Shown in pieces: positions 56,728-64,000 of a stretch of DNA of 64,000 nt. The first letter of the stretch is position 1; each line of letters begins with the position of its first letter. Under the pieces are notes generated by a model that worked only from the letters and a program-made list of their open reading frames with translations, had not been told where the DNA came from and made no database searches. The DNA is taken from contig JANMMT010000216.1 of assembly GCA_031373545.1 (NCBI GenBank), forward strand, positions 1,978 to 65,977. The letters run 5' to 3'. The position numbers and the translations under genes were made by a program. Source of the stretch: Hyphomicrobiales bacterium (GTDB lineage Bacteria; Pseudomonadota; Alphaproteobacteria; Rhizobiales; Beijerinckiaceae).

Positions 56728-57501
56728 ATGTCCGCTGCCATCAATTTCAAACCCGGCGTGCTGAAGAACGAAGTCGCTGTCGAACTCAAGGGTGTGCACA
56801 AATGGTACGGCGAGTTTCACGTGCTCAAAGACGTGAACCTCGCGGTCGCCAAGGGTGAGCGTCTTGTGATCTGCGGCCCCTCGGGTTCGGGCAAATCCAC
56901 CATGATTCGCTGCATCAACCGGCTGGAAGAGCACCAGAAGGGGCAGATCATCGTCGATGGAACGGAACTGACCAACGATCTCAAGAAGATTGACGAAATA
57001 CGCCGCGACGTCGGCATGGTGTTTCAGCACTTCAACCTGTTTCCTCACTTGACCATTCTGGAAAATCTAACGCTTGCACCGATCTGGGTGAAGAAAATGC
57101 CCAAGAAGGAGGCCGAGGATGTGGCCATGCACTTTTTGCGCAAGGTCAAGATTCCCGAGCAGGCCCTCAAATATCCCGGGCAGCTTTCGGGCGGCCAGCA
57201 GCAGCGCGTGGCGATTGCCCGCTCGCTCTGCATGTTCCCCAAGATCATGCTGTTCGATGAGCCGACTTCAGCGCTTGACCCCGAAATGGTGAAAGAGGTG
57301 CTCGAAACCATGGTGAGTCTTGCCGATGAAGGCATGACCATGCTCTGCGTGACGCACGAGATGGGCTTTGCCCGCCAGGTCGCCAACCGGGTGATCTTCA
57401 TGGATTATGGCTCGGTGGTGGAAATCAACACGCCGAACGAGTTCTTCAGCAACCCGCAACACGAGCGAACCCGGCTGTTTCTCAGCCAGATCCTGCATTG
57501 A
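56728..57501 (+). CDS. aapP: General L-amino acid ABC transporter ATP-binding protein
   Basis: Walker [10 protein letters not shown], signature LSGGQQQR, Walker [13 protein letters not shown]. Polar-amino-acid-type C-terminus ends [15 protein letters not shown]. Confidence 0.95.
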   Translation: MSAAINFKPGVLKNEVAVELKGVHKWYGEFHVLKDVNLAVAKGERLVICGPSGSGKSTMIRCINRLEEHQKGQIIVDGTELTNDLKKIDEIRRDVGMVFQHFNLFPHLTILENLTLAPIWVKKMPKKEAEDVAMHFLRKVKIPEQALKYPGQLSGGQQQRVAIARSLCMFPKIMLFDEPTSALDPEMVKEVLETMVSLADEGMTMLCVTHEMGFARQVANRVIFMDYGSVVEINTPNEFFSNPQHERTRLFLSQILH

Positions 57502-57509
57502 GCGAGCAA

Positions 57510-58823
57510 TCAGCTTTTTTCTTCGTTGTCGGTCATTTTCCGCTTCAGGCGCCGCACCAGATACCAGACCAGCAGGATGACGACCGGGACCGAAACAGCC
57601 GCGCCGACCTGTGCGTCCTTGATAAGGCCGAACTTCGCCAAACCCTGCAGGGCGTAGTAGATAAGCCCGACAAGGTAATAGCTGACGGCGGCCACTGACA
57701 GCCCTTCCACGGTCTGTTGCAGGCGCAGTTGCAACCGTGTGCGTTCGTTCATGGATTTGAGCAGTTCCTGGTTCTGCTGCTCCTGCTCCACATCCACGCG
57801 CGTGCGCAGCAATTGTGTGGCGCGGGTGAGTTTTCGGGACAAGTCCGCCAGACGATCCTGCATGGCGTTGAGCGTGCGCCGCGCAGGCGCCATGCGCCGG
57901 GCGAGAAAGCCGCGCCAGGTCGTATGCATGCCGATCTGCTTGTCATCCAGCACGTCGAGCCGCTGAAACACGATGTCATCATAGGCGCGGCTTGCGGCAA
58001 AACGATAACTCACTTGGGCCGAGAGGGCCTCAAGATCAGCCGTCAGGCCCGACAATTCGTTGAGAATGCGCCGGTTGTCGGCAATGCCCGAGGCGCTGCG
58101 GCTTTCATCGATCAGCTTGGCCAGCGTCATCTCGATCTCGCGCACCTTGGGCGCAATCCGCCGTGCCTCGGGGAGGCCCAGCAGTGCCAGTGTGCGATAG
58201 GTCTCGATTTCAATGAGGCGTTGCACGAGCGAGCCGGCTGCGACATCACCCATGCCGTGATCGACCACAACAATGCGCGTGAAGCCCTTGGAATCACGCT
58301 TGAAATCCGAAAACGCTTCGCCCAGTCCGTCGTCGGTGCGTGAGTGTGCCAGGCTGGTTTCATCAAAGGTGCTTTCGATCCCCCGCGAGTGGTTGAGCTT
58401 CAGCACGACGATGTCGAGCGCCACGAGCAGCGGGCCGGGTTGCCAGAAGTCTTCCATCGGCAGCGGTGTGTGCCCCTCGGGCTTCAGCGCGGCGCGGTTG
58501 GTCATGGGAAAATCCCATGTCTGCGTGGTAAACTCGCTGTGCTGCTCCCAGCGCAGGTTGAAGCCGGGGCGCATCAGTCTGTGATAGGCGGACCCCGGCG
58601 TGGGAGCCAGAAACATGTGCCGCTCGCACAACGCCGTTATGGCCTCACGGTCGCGGCGGCCTTCTTCCTGGCTGACCTGGAAGGCGAAATGCATGATCCG
58701 CCGGGGCGTATCAAGACGATGAAACGGCCGGGCGTGGATTTCGTCCAGCGCTGCATCGCGCAATGGATGCACCTTGAGGTCGATGGCCGCGCCATCGAGT
58801 GGCAAGTAGGCAGGTTTGGTCAT
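57510..58823 (-). CDS. Uncharacterised membrane-anchored protein (DUF3422-like)
   Basis: A ~370-aa soluble region (VHPLRDAALDEIHARPFH...RWEQHSEFTT...) is followed by two C-terminal TM helices. The family name is from memory of similar alphaproteobacterial proteins. It follows fhs on the same strand after 67 nt. Confidence 0.55.
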   Translation of the reverse strand: MTKPAYLPLDGAAIDLKVHPLRDAALDEIHARPFHRLDTPRRIMHFAFQVSQEEGRRDREAITALCERHMFLAPTPGSAYHRLMRPGFNLRWEQHSEFTTQTWDFPMTNRAALKPEGHTPLPMEDFWQPGPLLVALDIVVLKLNHSRGIESTFDETSLAHSRTDDGLGEAFSDFKRDSKGFTRIVVVDHGMGDVAAGSLVQRLIEIETYRTLALLGLPEARRIAPKVREIEMTLAKLIDESRSASGIADNRRILNELSGLTADLEALSAQVSYRFAASRAYDDIVFQRLDVLDDKQIGMHTTWRGFLARRMAPARRTLNAMQDRLADLSRKLTRATQLLRTRVDVEQEQQNQELLKSMNERTRLQLRLQQTVEGLSVAAVSYYLVGLIYYALQGLAKFGLIKDAQVGAAVSVPVVILLVWYLVRRLKRKMTDNEEKS

Positions 58824-58890
58824 GCAGCGCTCCCCAGATCTCTACGTGGCAAACAGCGCACAGGATTTGCAAGCAATAAAGAAAGCGCGC

Positions 58891-60561
58891 TCAAAACAGG
58901 CCTTCGATCTCGCCTTTCGCATCAAGGTGGATGCGCTCGGCCACGGGCATGCTTGGCAGCCCCGGCATGGTCATCAGGTCACCACAAATGGCCACCACGA
59001 AGCCGGCACCGGCCGCAAGGCGCACCTCGCGCACGGTGATCACATGCCCCTCGGGCGCACCCAGCACGGCGGGGTCCGACGAGAACGAATACTGCGTCTT
59101 GGCGATACAGACAGGCAGCGCGGCGTAACCCAGCGCCTCGTATGCAGCGAGCTGCGCGCGCACGCCGGCGCCGAACTCCACCCGGGCGGCGCGGTAGATG
59201 CGGGTGGAGACCGCCTCGATCTTGGCCGCCAAAGGCAGTGCATCCTTGTAGAGCGGCCTGAAGCGCGCGGTGCCACTGTCCGCCAATTTGACCACAGCAT
59301 GGGCGAGATCCGTTGCACCCTGCCCGCCTTCCGCCCAGTGACGACACAGATGCGCCTCCACGCCTGCCTTGCGGGCAGCCGCCGTGACAGCCGCGATTTC
59401 GCCCGCCGTGTCGCTTGTGAAGTGGTTGATGGCGACCACCACCGGCACGCCGAAGCCTCTCACATTCTCGATATGGCGGATGAGGTTGACCGCCCCCTTT
59501 TTGACCGCCGCGATGTTTTCTGCGCCAAGGTCTGCCTTGGCGACGCCCCCGTTCATTTTGAGCGCGCGCACCGTGGCGACGATGACGGCTGCGGCAGGCT
59601 TCAGCCCTGCCTTGCGGCATTTGATGTTGAAGAACTTCTCCGCACCCAGATCCGCGCCAAAGCCTGCCTCTGTCACCACGTAATCGCCCAGCTTGAGTGC
59701 GGCACGCGTGGCCATGACGGAGTTGCAGCCATGGGCAATGTTGGCGAAGGGGCCGCCGTGCACAAAAGCCGGGCTGTGCTCGATCGTCTGCACCAGATTG
59801 GGCAGGATCGCGTCCTTCAGCAGCACGGCCATGGCCCCGTCCGCCTTGAGATCGCGGGCGAACACCGGGCTTTTGTCGCGCCGATTACCGAGGATGATGG
59901 CGCCCAGTCTTTGGGACAAATCAGCGGGGTTTTCAGCAAGACAAAGGATCGCCATGACTTCGGAAGCCACCGTAATGTCAAAGCCCGCCGCGCGCGGATA
60001 GCCATTGGCCGGCCCGCCCAGCGCCACGGTGACATCGCGCAGCGCACGGTCATTCATGTCCATGACGCGCCGCCAGGTGATACGGCGGCTGTCGATGCCC
60101 AGCGCGTTGCCCCAATGGATGTGGTTGTCGATGAGCGCCGCCAAGAGATTGTGCGCCGCTGTGATGGCGTGAAAATCGCCTGTAAAATGCAGGTTGATGT
60201 CCTCCATCGGCACGATTTGCGCGTGTCCGCCGCCTGCCGCACCGCCCTTGGTGCCAAAGCAGGGGCCAAGCGAGGGCTCGCGCAGACAGATCACGGCCTT
60301 CTTGCCAATGGCATTCAGCGCATCTCCCAGGCCCACCGTGGTCGTGGTCTTGCCCTCACCTGCCGGCGTGGGGTTGATGGCGGTGACAAGGATCAACTTG
60401 CCATCGCGGCGGCCAGAGAGACTTGCGAGAAACGCGCCGTCGACCTTCGCCTTGTCGCGGCCATAAGGGATGAGATGCTCCGCGCCAATGCCCAGCCTGG
60501 CCGCCACCTCGGCAACAGGGCGTTTGGGCGCCGCACGGGCAATCTCGATGTCGGTCAGCAT
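58891..60561 (-). CDS. fhs: Formate--tetrahydrofolate ligase
   Basis: [11 protein letters not shown]...[21 protein letters not shown]...[17 protein letters not shown], 556 aa, typical Fhs. Confidence 0.96.
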   Translation of the reverse strand: MLTDIEIARAAPKRPVAEVAARLGIGAEHLIPYGRDKAKVDGAFLASLSGRRDGKLILVTAINPTPAGEGKTTTTVGLGDALNAIGKKAVICLREPSLGPCFGTKGGAAGGGHAQIVPMEDINLHFTGDFHAITAAHNLLAALIDNHIHWGNALGIDSRRITWRRVMDMNDRALRDVTVALGGPANGYPRAAGFDITVASEVMAILCLAENPADLSQRLGAIILGNRRDKSPVFARDLKADGAMAVLLKDAILPNLVQTIEHSPAFVHGGPFANIAHGCNSVMATRAALKLGDYVVTEAGFGADLGAEKFFNIKCRKAGLKPAAAVIVATVRALKMNGGVAKADLGAENIAAVKKGAVNLIRHIENVRGFGVPVVVAINHFTSDTAGEIAAVTAAARKAGVEAHLCRHWAEGGQGATDLAHAVVKLADSGTARFRPLYKDALPLAAKIEAVSTRIYRAARVEFGAGVRAQLAAYEALGYAALPVCIAKTQYSFSSDPAVLGAPEGHVITVREVRLAAGAGFVVAICGDLMTMPGLPSMPVAERIHLDAKGEIEGLF

Positions 60562-60672
60562 GAATCCACCCCCTTGTTCAAGACATAGGGTAGCGGGCGC
60601 GCAAGGGCGAGTGTTCCCTGGCGGTCAATCCGTCGCCTTGCCGCCCGTCCACAGACGATTATCATTGCACGC

Positions 60673-62172
60673 ATGTCGAACGCCGAATCCAGCGCCCCAC
60701 GAGATCACATCCGCTTCGTTTTCCGGGGGGCGGTGGTGCGCCTCGATGGCTTTGCCCCCACGTGCGCGCTGCTTGGCTGGCTGCGTGAGGATCAGCGCGC
60801 TACCGGGACCAAGGAGGGTTGCAACGAGGGCGATTGCGGGGCCTGCACGGTCATTCTGGCGCGGGTGGAGAACGGCAGGCTCGTGCATCGCCCCGTCAAC
60901 GCCTGCATCACCCTGCTGGGCATGGTGGATGGCGCAGAGGTGCTGACAGTGGAAGACCTATCGGTCGACGGGCAGTTGCACAAAGTGCAGCAGGCGATGG
61001 TCGATCACCACGGCTCACAGTGCGGTTTCTGCACCCCGGGCATTGTCATGTCGCTGGTGGCGCTGGACAAAGCAGGCGGCGAGGTGACGCGCGCGCGCAT
61101 CAATGATCAACTTGCGGGGAACCTGTGCCGTTGCACCGGCTATCGCCCGATCATTGACGCAGCGCTGGCGGCGCTGGATGGCACGCCCGACCATTTGGAC
61201 AAGGCCGCGCCTGCGCGCATCGCGCGGCTGGAAGCCTTGGGCGATGCGGGGGCCATGGTTGGCGTGGGTGACGCGTTTTTTGCAGCGCCCCGCACGCTGG
61301 ATGCGCTGCTTGCCTTGTATGCGGCGCACCCGGATGCGACCATTCTGGCAGGCGCGACCGATGTGGGCCTGTGGATCACCAAGCAGTTTCGGCCCATCAC
61401 CAAACTGATCTGGCTGGGCCGCGTGGCAGCGTTGCAGAGGCTCGAAGAAGATGCCGAAACGCTCGTGATCGGCGCAGGCGTGAGCCACGCGGCGGCGCTG
61501 CCCGCGCTGGCGCGCCTTTCACCTGATCTGGGCGAGTTGGGCCGCCGCTTTGGCTCCACGCAGGTGCGCGCGCAGGGCACCGTGGGCGGCAACATTGCCA
61601 ATGGTTCACCCATCGGCGATTGGGCGCCAGCTTTCATCGCCCTGGGTGCAACGGTTGAGCTGCTGAAAAGCGCTGGGCGCAGACACTTGCCACTGGACGA
61701 TTTTTTCATCGCTTACGGCAAGCAGGACCGTCTCCCCGGCGAGATCGTGGCCAGCCTCGTTATTCCCAAGTTGGCAGAGGGCGAACATTTCCGCTGCCTC
61801 AAAATATCCAAGCGGTTCGATGAGGATATCTCGGCGCTCATGGGCGCGTTCAAGCTGACAGTCTTGGATGACACCATCACCGCCGCCCGCATCACCTTCG
61901 GCGGCATGGCAGCCACACCCAAGCGCGCGCCGCTGACCGAGGCTGCGCTCATGGGCGCCTCCCTCACCGACCGCGCCACATGGGCCGCCGCGCTGGAGGC
62001 GCTCGGCCACGATTATCAACCCATCGGCGACATGCGCGCCTCGGCCCGCTACCGCATCACAACTGCGCGCGCCTTGCTGACCAAGGCACTGATCGAGATC
62101 GGCGGTGGCAGCCACACGCGCCTGCAAACACCCGGTTCAAGCAATATGCCGGAGGTGACCCATGCGTCTTGA
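60673..62172 (+). CDS. xdhA: Xanthine dehydrogenase small subunit (2Fe-2S + FAD)
   Basis: GTKEGCNEGDCGACTV and GNLCRCTGYRPI form the two [2Fe-2S] sites. An FAD-binding domain follows (ILAGATDVGLWITK). Confidence 0.92.
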   Translation: MSNAESSAPRDHIRFVFRGAVVRLDGFAPTCALLGWLREDQRATGTKEGCNEGDCGACTVILARVENGRLVHRPVNACITLLGMVDGAEVLTVEDLSVDGQLHKVQQAMVDHHGSQCGFCTPGIVMSLVALDKAGGEVTRARINDQLAGNLCRCTGYRPIIDAALAALDGTPDHLDKAAPARIARLEALGDAGAMVGVGDAFFAAPRTLDALLALYAAHPDATILAGATDVGLWITKQFRPITKLIWLGRVAALQRLEEDAETLVIGAGVSHAAALPALARLSPDLGELGRRFGSTQVRAQGTVGGNIANGSPIGDWAPAFIALGATVELLKSAGRRHLPLDDFFIAYGKQDRLPGEIVASLVIPKLAEGEHFRCLKISKRFDEDISALMGAFKLTVLDDTITAARITFGGMAATPKRAPLTEAALMGASLTDRATWAAALEALGHDYQPIGDMRASARYRITTARALLTKALIEIGGGSHTRLQTPGSSNMPEVTHAS

Positions 62173-64000
62173 TCAGTTCACGGTTGAAGATCCCATCGCC
62201 GATTACGACAAACCCGAGCACGCGCTGAGCGTGGTGCGCCAGCCCCTGGCGCATGATTCAGCACCGCTGCATGTGAGCGGGACCGCGCAATACATCGACG
62301 ACATGCTGGAGCCTGCGGGCTGCCTGCACATCGCTCTGGGCGGTGCACCCAAGGCAGCGGGGCGGATTCTCGCTCTCGATCTTGCATCAGTGCGCGCTTA
62401 TCCCGGCGTGGTCGCTGTCATCACGGCGGCTGATATTCCAGGCCAAAATGACATCTCGCCCGTGGCAGGCGACGAACCTGCCTTTGCGGAGACCGAGGTG
62501 CTGTATCACCAGCAGCCCGTGTTTGCCGTGGTGGCGACCACGCGCGATGCAGCGCGCCGCGCGGCGCGGCTTGGCGTGATCGACATGGCGGCCACAGCCG
62601 CTCTCGTAACCGTGGAAGATGCGATTGCCGCAAACAGTATGGTGCAGCCCGATTATGCCTTCACGCGCGGGAATGTGCAGGCTGCGCTGGAGGCCGCACC
62701 CCATCGCCTCAGCGGGCAGATGCGCATCGGCGGGCAGGAGCATTTTTACCTGGAAGGACAGGCGGCGCTTGCCATCCCCGGCGAGGGAGGCGACATGCAT
62801 GTCTATTCCTCCACCCAGCACCCCACCGAGGTGCAGCATGTGGTGGCCCGGGTGCTGGCCCTGCCCGACCACGCCGTGGTCAGCGAGGTGCGCCGCATGG
62901 GCGGCGGCTTCGGCGGCAAGGAAAGTCAGGCGACGCAGTGGGCGGTTATCGCCGCACTGGCGGCGCGCACAACAGGCCGCGCCTGCAAGCTGCGCCTTGA
63001 CCGGGACGATGACATGGCCATCACCGGCAAGCGCCACGATTTCCGCTTCGACTACGATGTGGGCTTTGATGAAAACGGCGTCATTCTGAGCGTCGACAAC
63101 ACCTACCACGCCCGCGCGGGCTGCTCGCTGGATCTCTCCTCTGGCGTGGTCGATCGCACGCTGTTTCATGCGGACAATGCCTATCATCTGCCCGCGCTGC
63201 ACATTGGCTCGCGGCGGCTGAAAACCAACACCGTCTCCAACACGGCGTTTCGTGGATTTGGCGGACCGCAAGGCATGCTGGGCATGGAACGCGTCATCGA
63301 CCGCATGGCCTGGGCGACCGGGCGCGACCCGCTGGATGTCCGCAAGGCAAATTTCTATGGGCCGGGGCGCGATGTCACGCCGTTCGGACAACAGGTGAAG
63401 GACAACATCATCCTGCCTCTCGTGGAAACCCTGGAGCAGACCGCACAATACCGCCAGCGCCGCAAGGAGATCGCGGCCTTCAACGCACAAAGCCCCATCC
63501 TCAAGAAGGGCCTTGCGCTCACGCCGGTCAAATTCGGCATTTCCTTCACGCTGAGCCATCTCAACCAGGCGGGCGCGCTGGTGCATGTCTATTCCGATGG
63601 CTCGATCATGCTGAACCATGGCGGCACGGAAATGGGCCAGGGCCTGTTTGTGAAGGTCGCGCAGGTGGTGGCCGAGGAATTCGGTATCGGCATCGAGCGC
63701 GTCAAGATCACCGCGACCAACACCGCCAAAGTGCCCAACACCGCGCCGACGGCCGCCTCGGCTGGCACGGACCTCAACGCCATGGCGGCACGCAACGCAG
63801 CGTTGGCAATCAAGGAGCGGCTCACGGCCTTTGCCGCTGAGCTTTACGGCGTGGAGGTGCGCCGTGTGCGGTTTCGTGCGGGGCTTGTGCATGTGGGTGA
63901 TTTTGCCCTGCCCTTCGGGGAGCTCACCAAAAAGGCGGTGCTGGCGCGCATTTCGCTCTCCTCCACAGGCTTCTACCGCACGCCCGACATCACGTGGGAC
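62162..64000 (+). CDS. xdhB: Xanthine dehydrogenase molybdopterin-binding subunit, N-terminal 613 codons (3' end outside window)
   Basis: Absent from the supplied track because the frame never closes inside the window. My translation from ATG 62162 (which overlaps the xdhA stop): MRLDQFTVEDPIADYDKPEHALSVVRQPLAHDSAPLHVSGTAQYIDD..., then SSTQHPTEVQHVVA...VRRMGGGFGGKESQ. The long minus-strand ORF 62387..63892 is its antisense shadow. Confidence 0.9.
   Translation, partial: MRLDQFTVEDPIADYDKPEHALSVVRQPLAHDSAPLHVSGTAQYIDDMLEPAGCLHIALGGAPKAAGRILALDLASVRAYPGVVAVITAADIPGQNDISPVAGDEPAFAETEVLYHQQPVFAVVATTRDAARRAARLGVIDMAATAALVTVEDAIAANSMVQPDYAFTRGNVQAALEAAPHRLSGQMRIGGQEHFYLEGQAALAIPGEGGDMHVYSSTQHPTEVQHVVARVLALPDHAVVSEVRRMGGGFGGKESQATQWAVIAALAARTTGRACKLRLDRDDDMAITGKRHDFRFDYDVGFDENGVILSVDNTYHARAGCSLDLSSGVVDRTLFHADNAYHLPALHIGSRRLKTNTVSNTAFRGFGGPQGMLGMERVIDRMAWATGRDPLDVRKANFYGPGRDVTPFGQQVKDNIILPLVETLEQTAQYRQRRKEIAAFNAQSPILKKGLALTPVKFGISFTLSHLNQAGALVHVYSDGSIMLNHGGTEMGQGLFVKVAQVVAEEFGIGIERVKITATNTAKVPNTAPTAASAGTDLNAMAARNAALAIKERLTAFAAELYGVEVRRVRFRAGLVHVGDFALPFGELTKKAVLARISLSSTGFYRTPDITWD

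Noticed and set aside
58816-60588. 590-aa plus-strand ORF opposite fhs
   Set aside because: It is the antisense shadow of formate-THF ligase. Its translation is Arg/Ala/His-rich with no motifs, whereas the minus strand is unmistakably Fhs.
62387-63892. 501-aa minus-strand ORF at the right end of the window
   Set aside because: It lies opposite the open-ended xdhB frame, which carries clear molybdopterin-subunit sequence. The shadow ORF is listed only because xdhB lacks an in-window stop.
1-64000. Search for tRNA/rRNA genes, CRISPR arrays, transposases, integrases, phage or known defence-system genes
   Set aside because: I recognised none in any frame or spacer. Apart from vapBC and hicB, the accessory content is minimal.

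Overview
This is a high-GC, densely coding chromosomal segment. Gene content and synteny point to an alphaproteobacterium, probably Hyphomicrobiales/Rhizobiales-like: AapJQMP, a ctaC-D-B-G-E/SURF1 cluster, IalB and a single Rsh/SpoT. Most of the window is core metabolism.

Main gene content:
- gcvT-H-PA-PB operon behind a tandem glycine riboswitch
- aa3 cytochrome oxidase cluster
- putA, spoT, pssA/psd, guaA, pdxA/pdxJ, metC, fhs, xdhAB (xdhB runs off the window edge and is missing from the ORF track)
- two ABC importers, an Atm1-like exporter and a type I secretion pair

I call about 58 protein genes. I saw no tRNA/rRNA, CRISPR array, transposase, integrase or phage genes.

I did not find a convincing, complete, previously undescribed multi-gene system. 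The loci most worth a second look are:
1. Two adjacent envelope proteins (36.3-39.4 kb) built from a shared ~120-aa module. One ends in an OmpA_C domain, the other in an HhH-like domain.
2. A 1.4-kb AT-richer accessory islet at the guaA 3' end, holding vapBC with candidate operator repeats, an orphan HicB-like gene, a palindromic repeat and a small conserved ORF.
3. A compositionally foreign chemoreceptor gene (24.4-26.5 kb).
4. An M20 amidohydrolase fused onto the riboswitch-controlled gcv operon, and an 18-bp perfect palindrome just 5' of the riboswitch.
5. A divergent type I secretion pair with no substrate or outer-membrane factor in the window, next to a small basic ORF.

Many long ORFs in the track are antisense shadows of real genes, as expected at this GC content. 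All family assignments come from reading the translations by eye; no searches were run.
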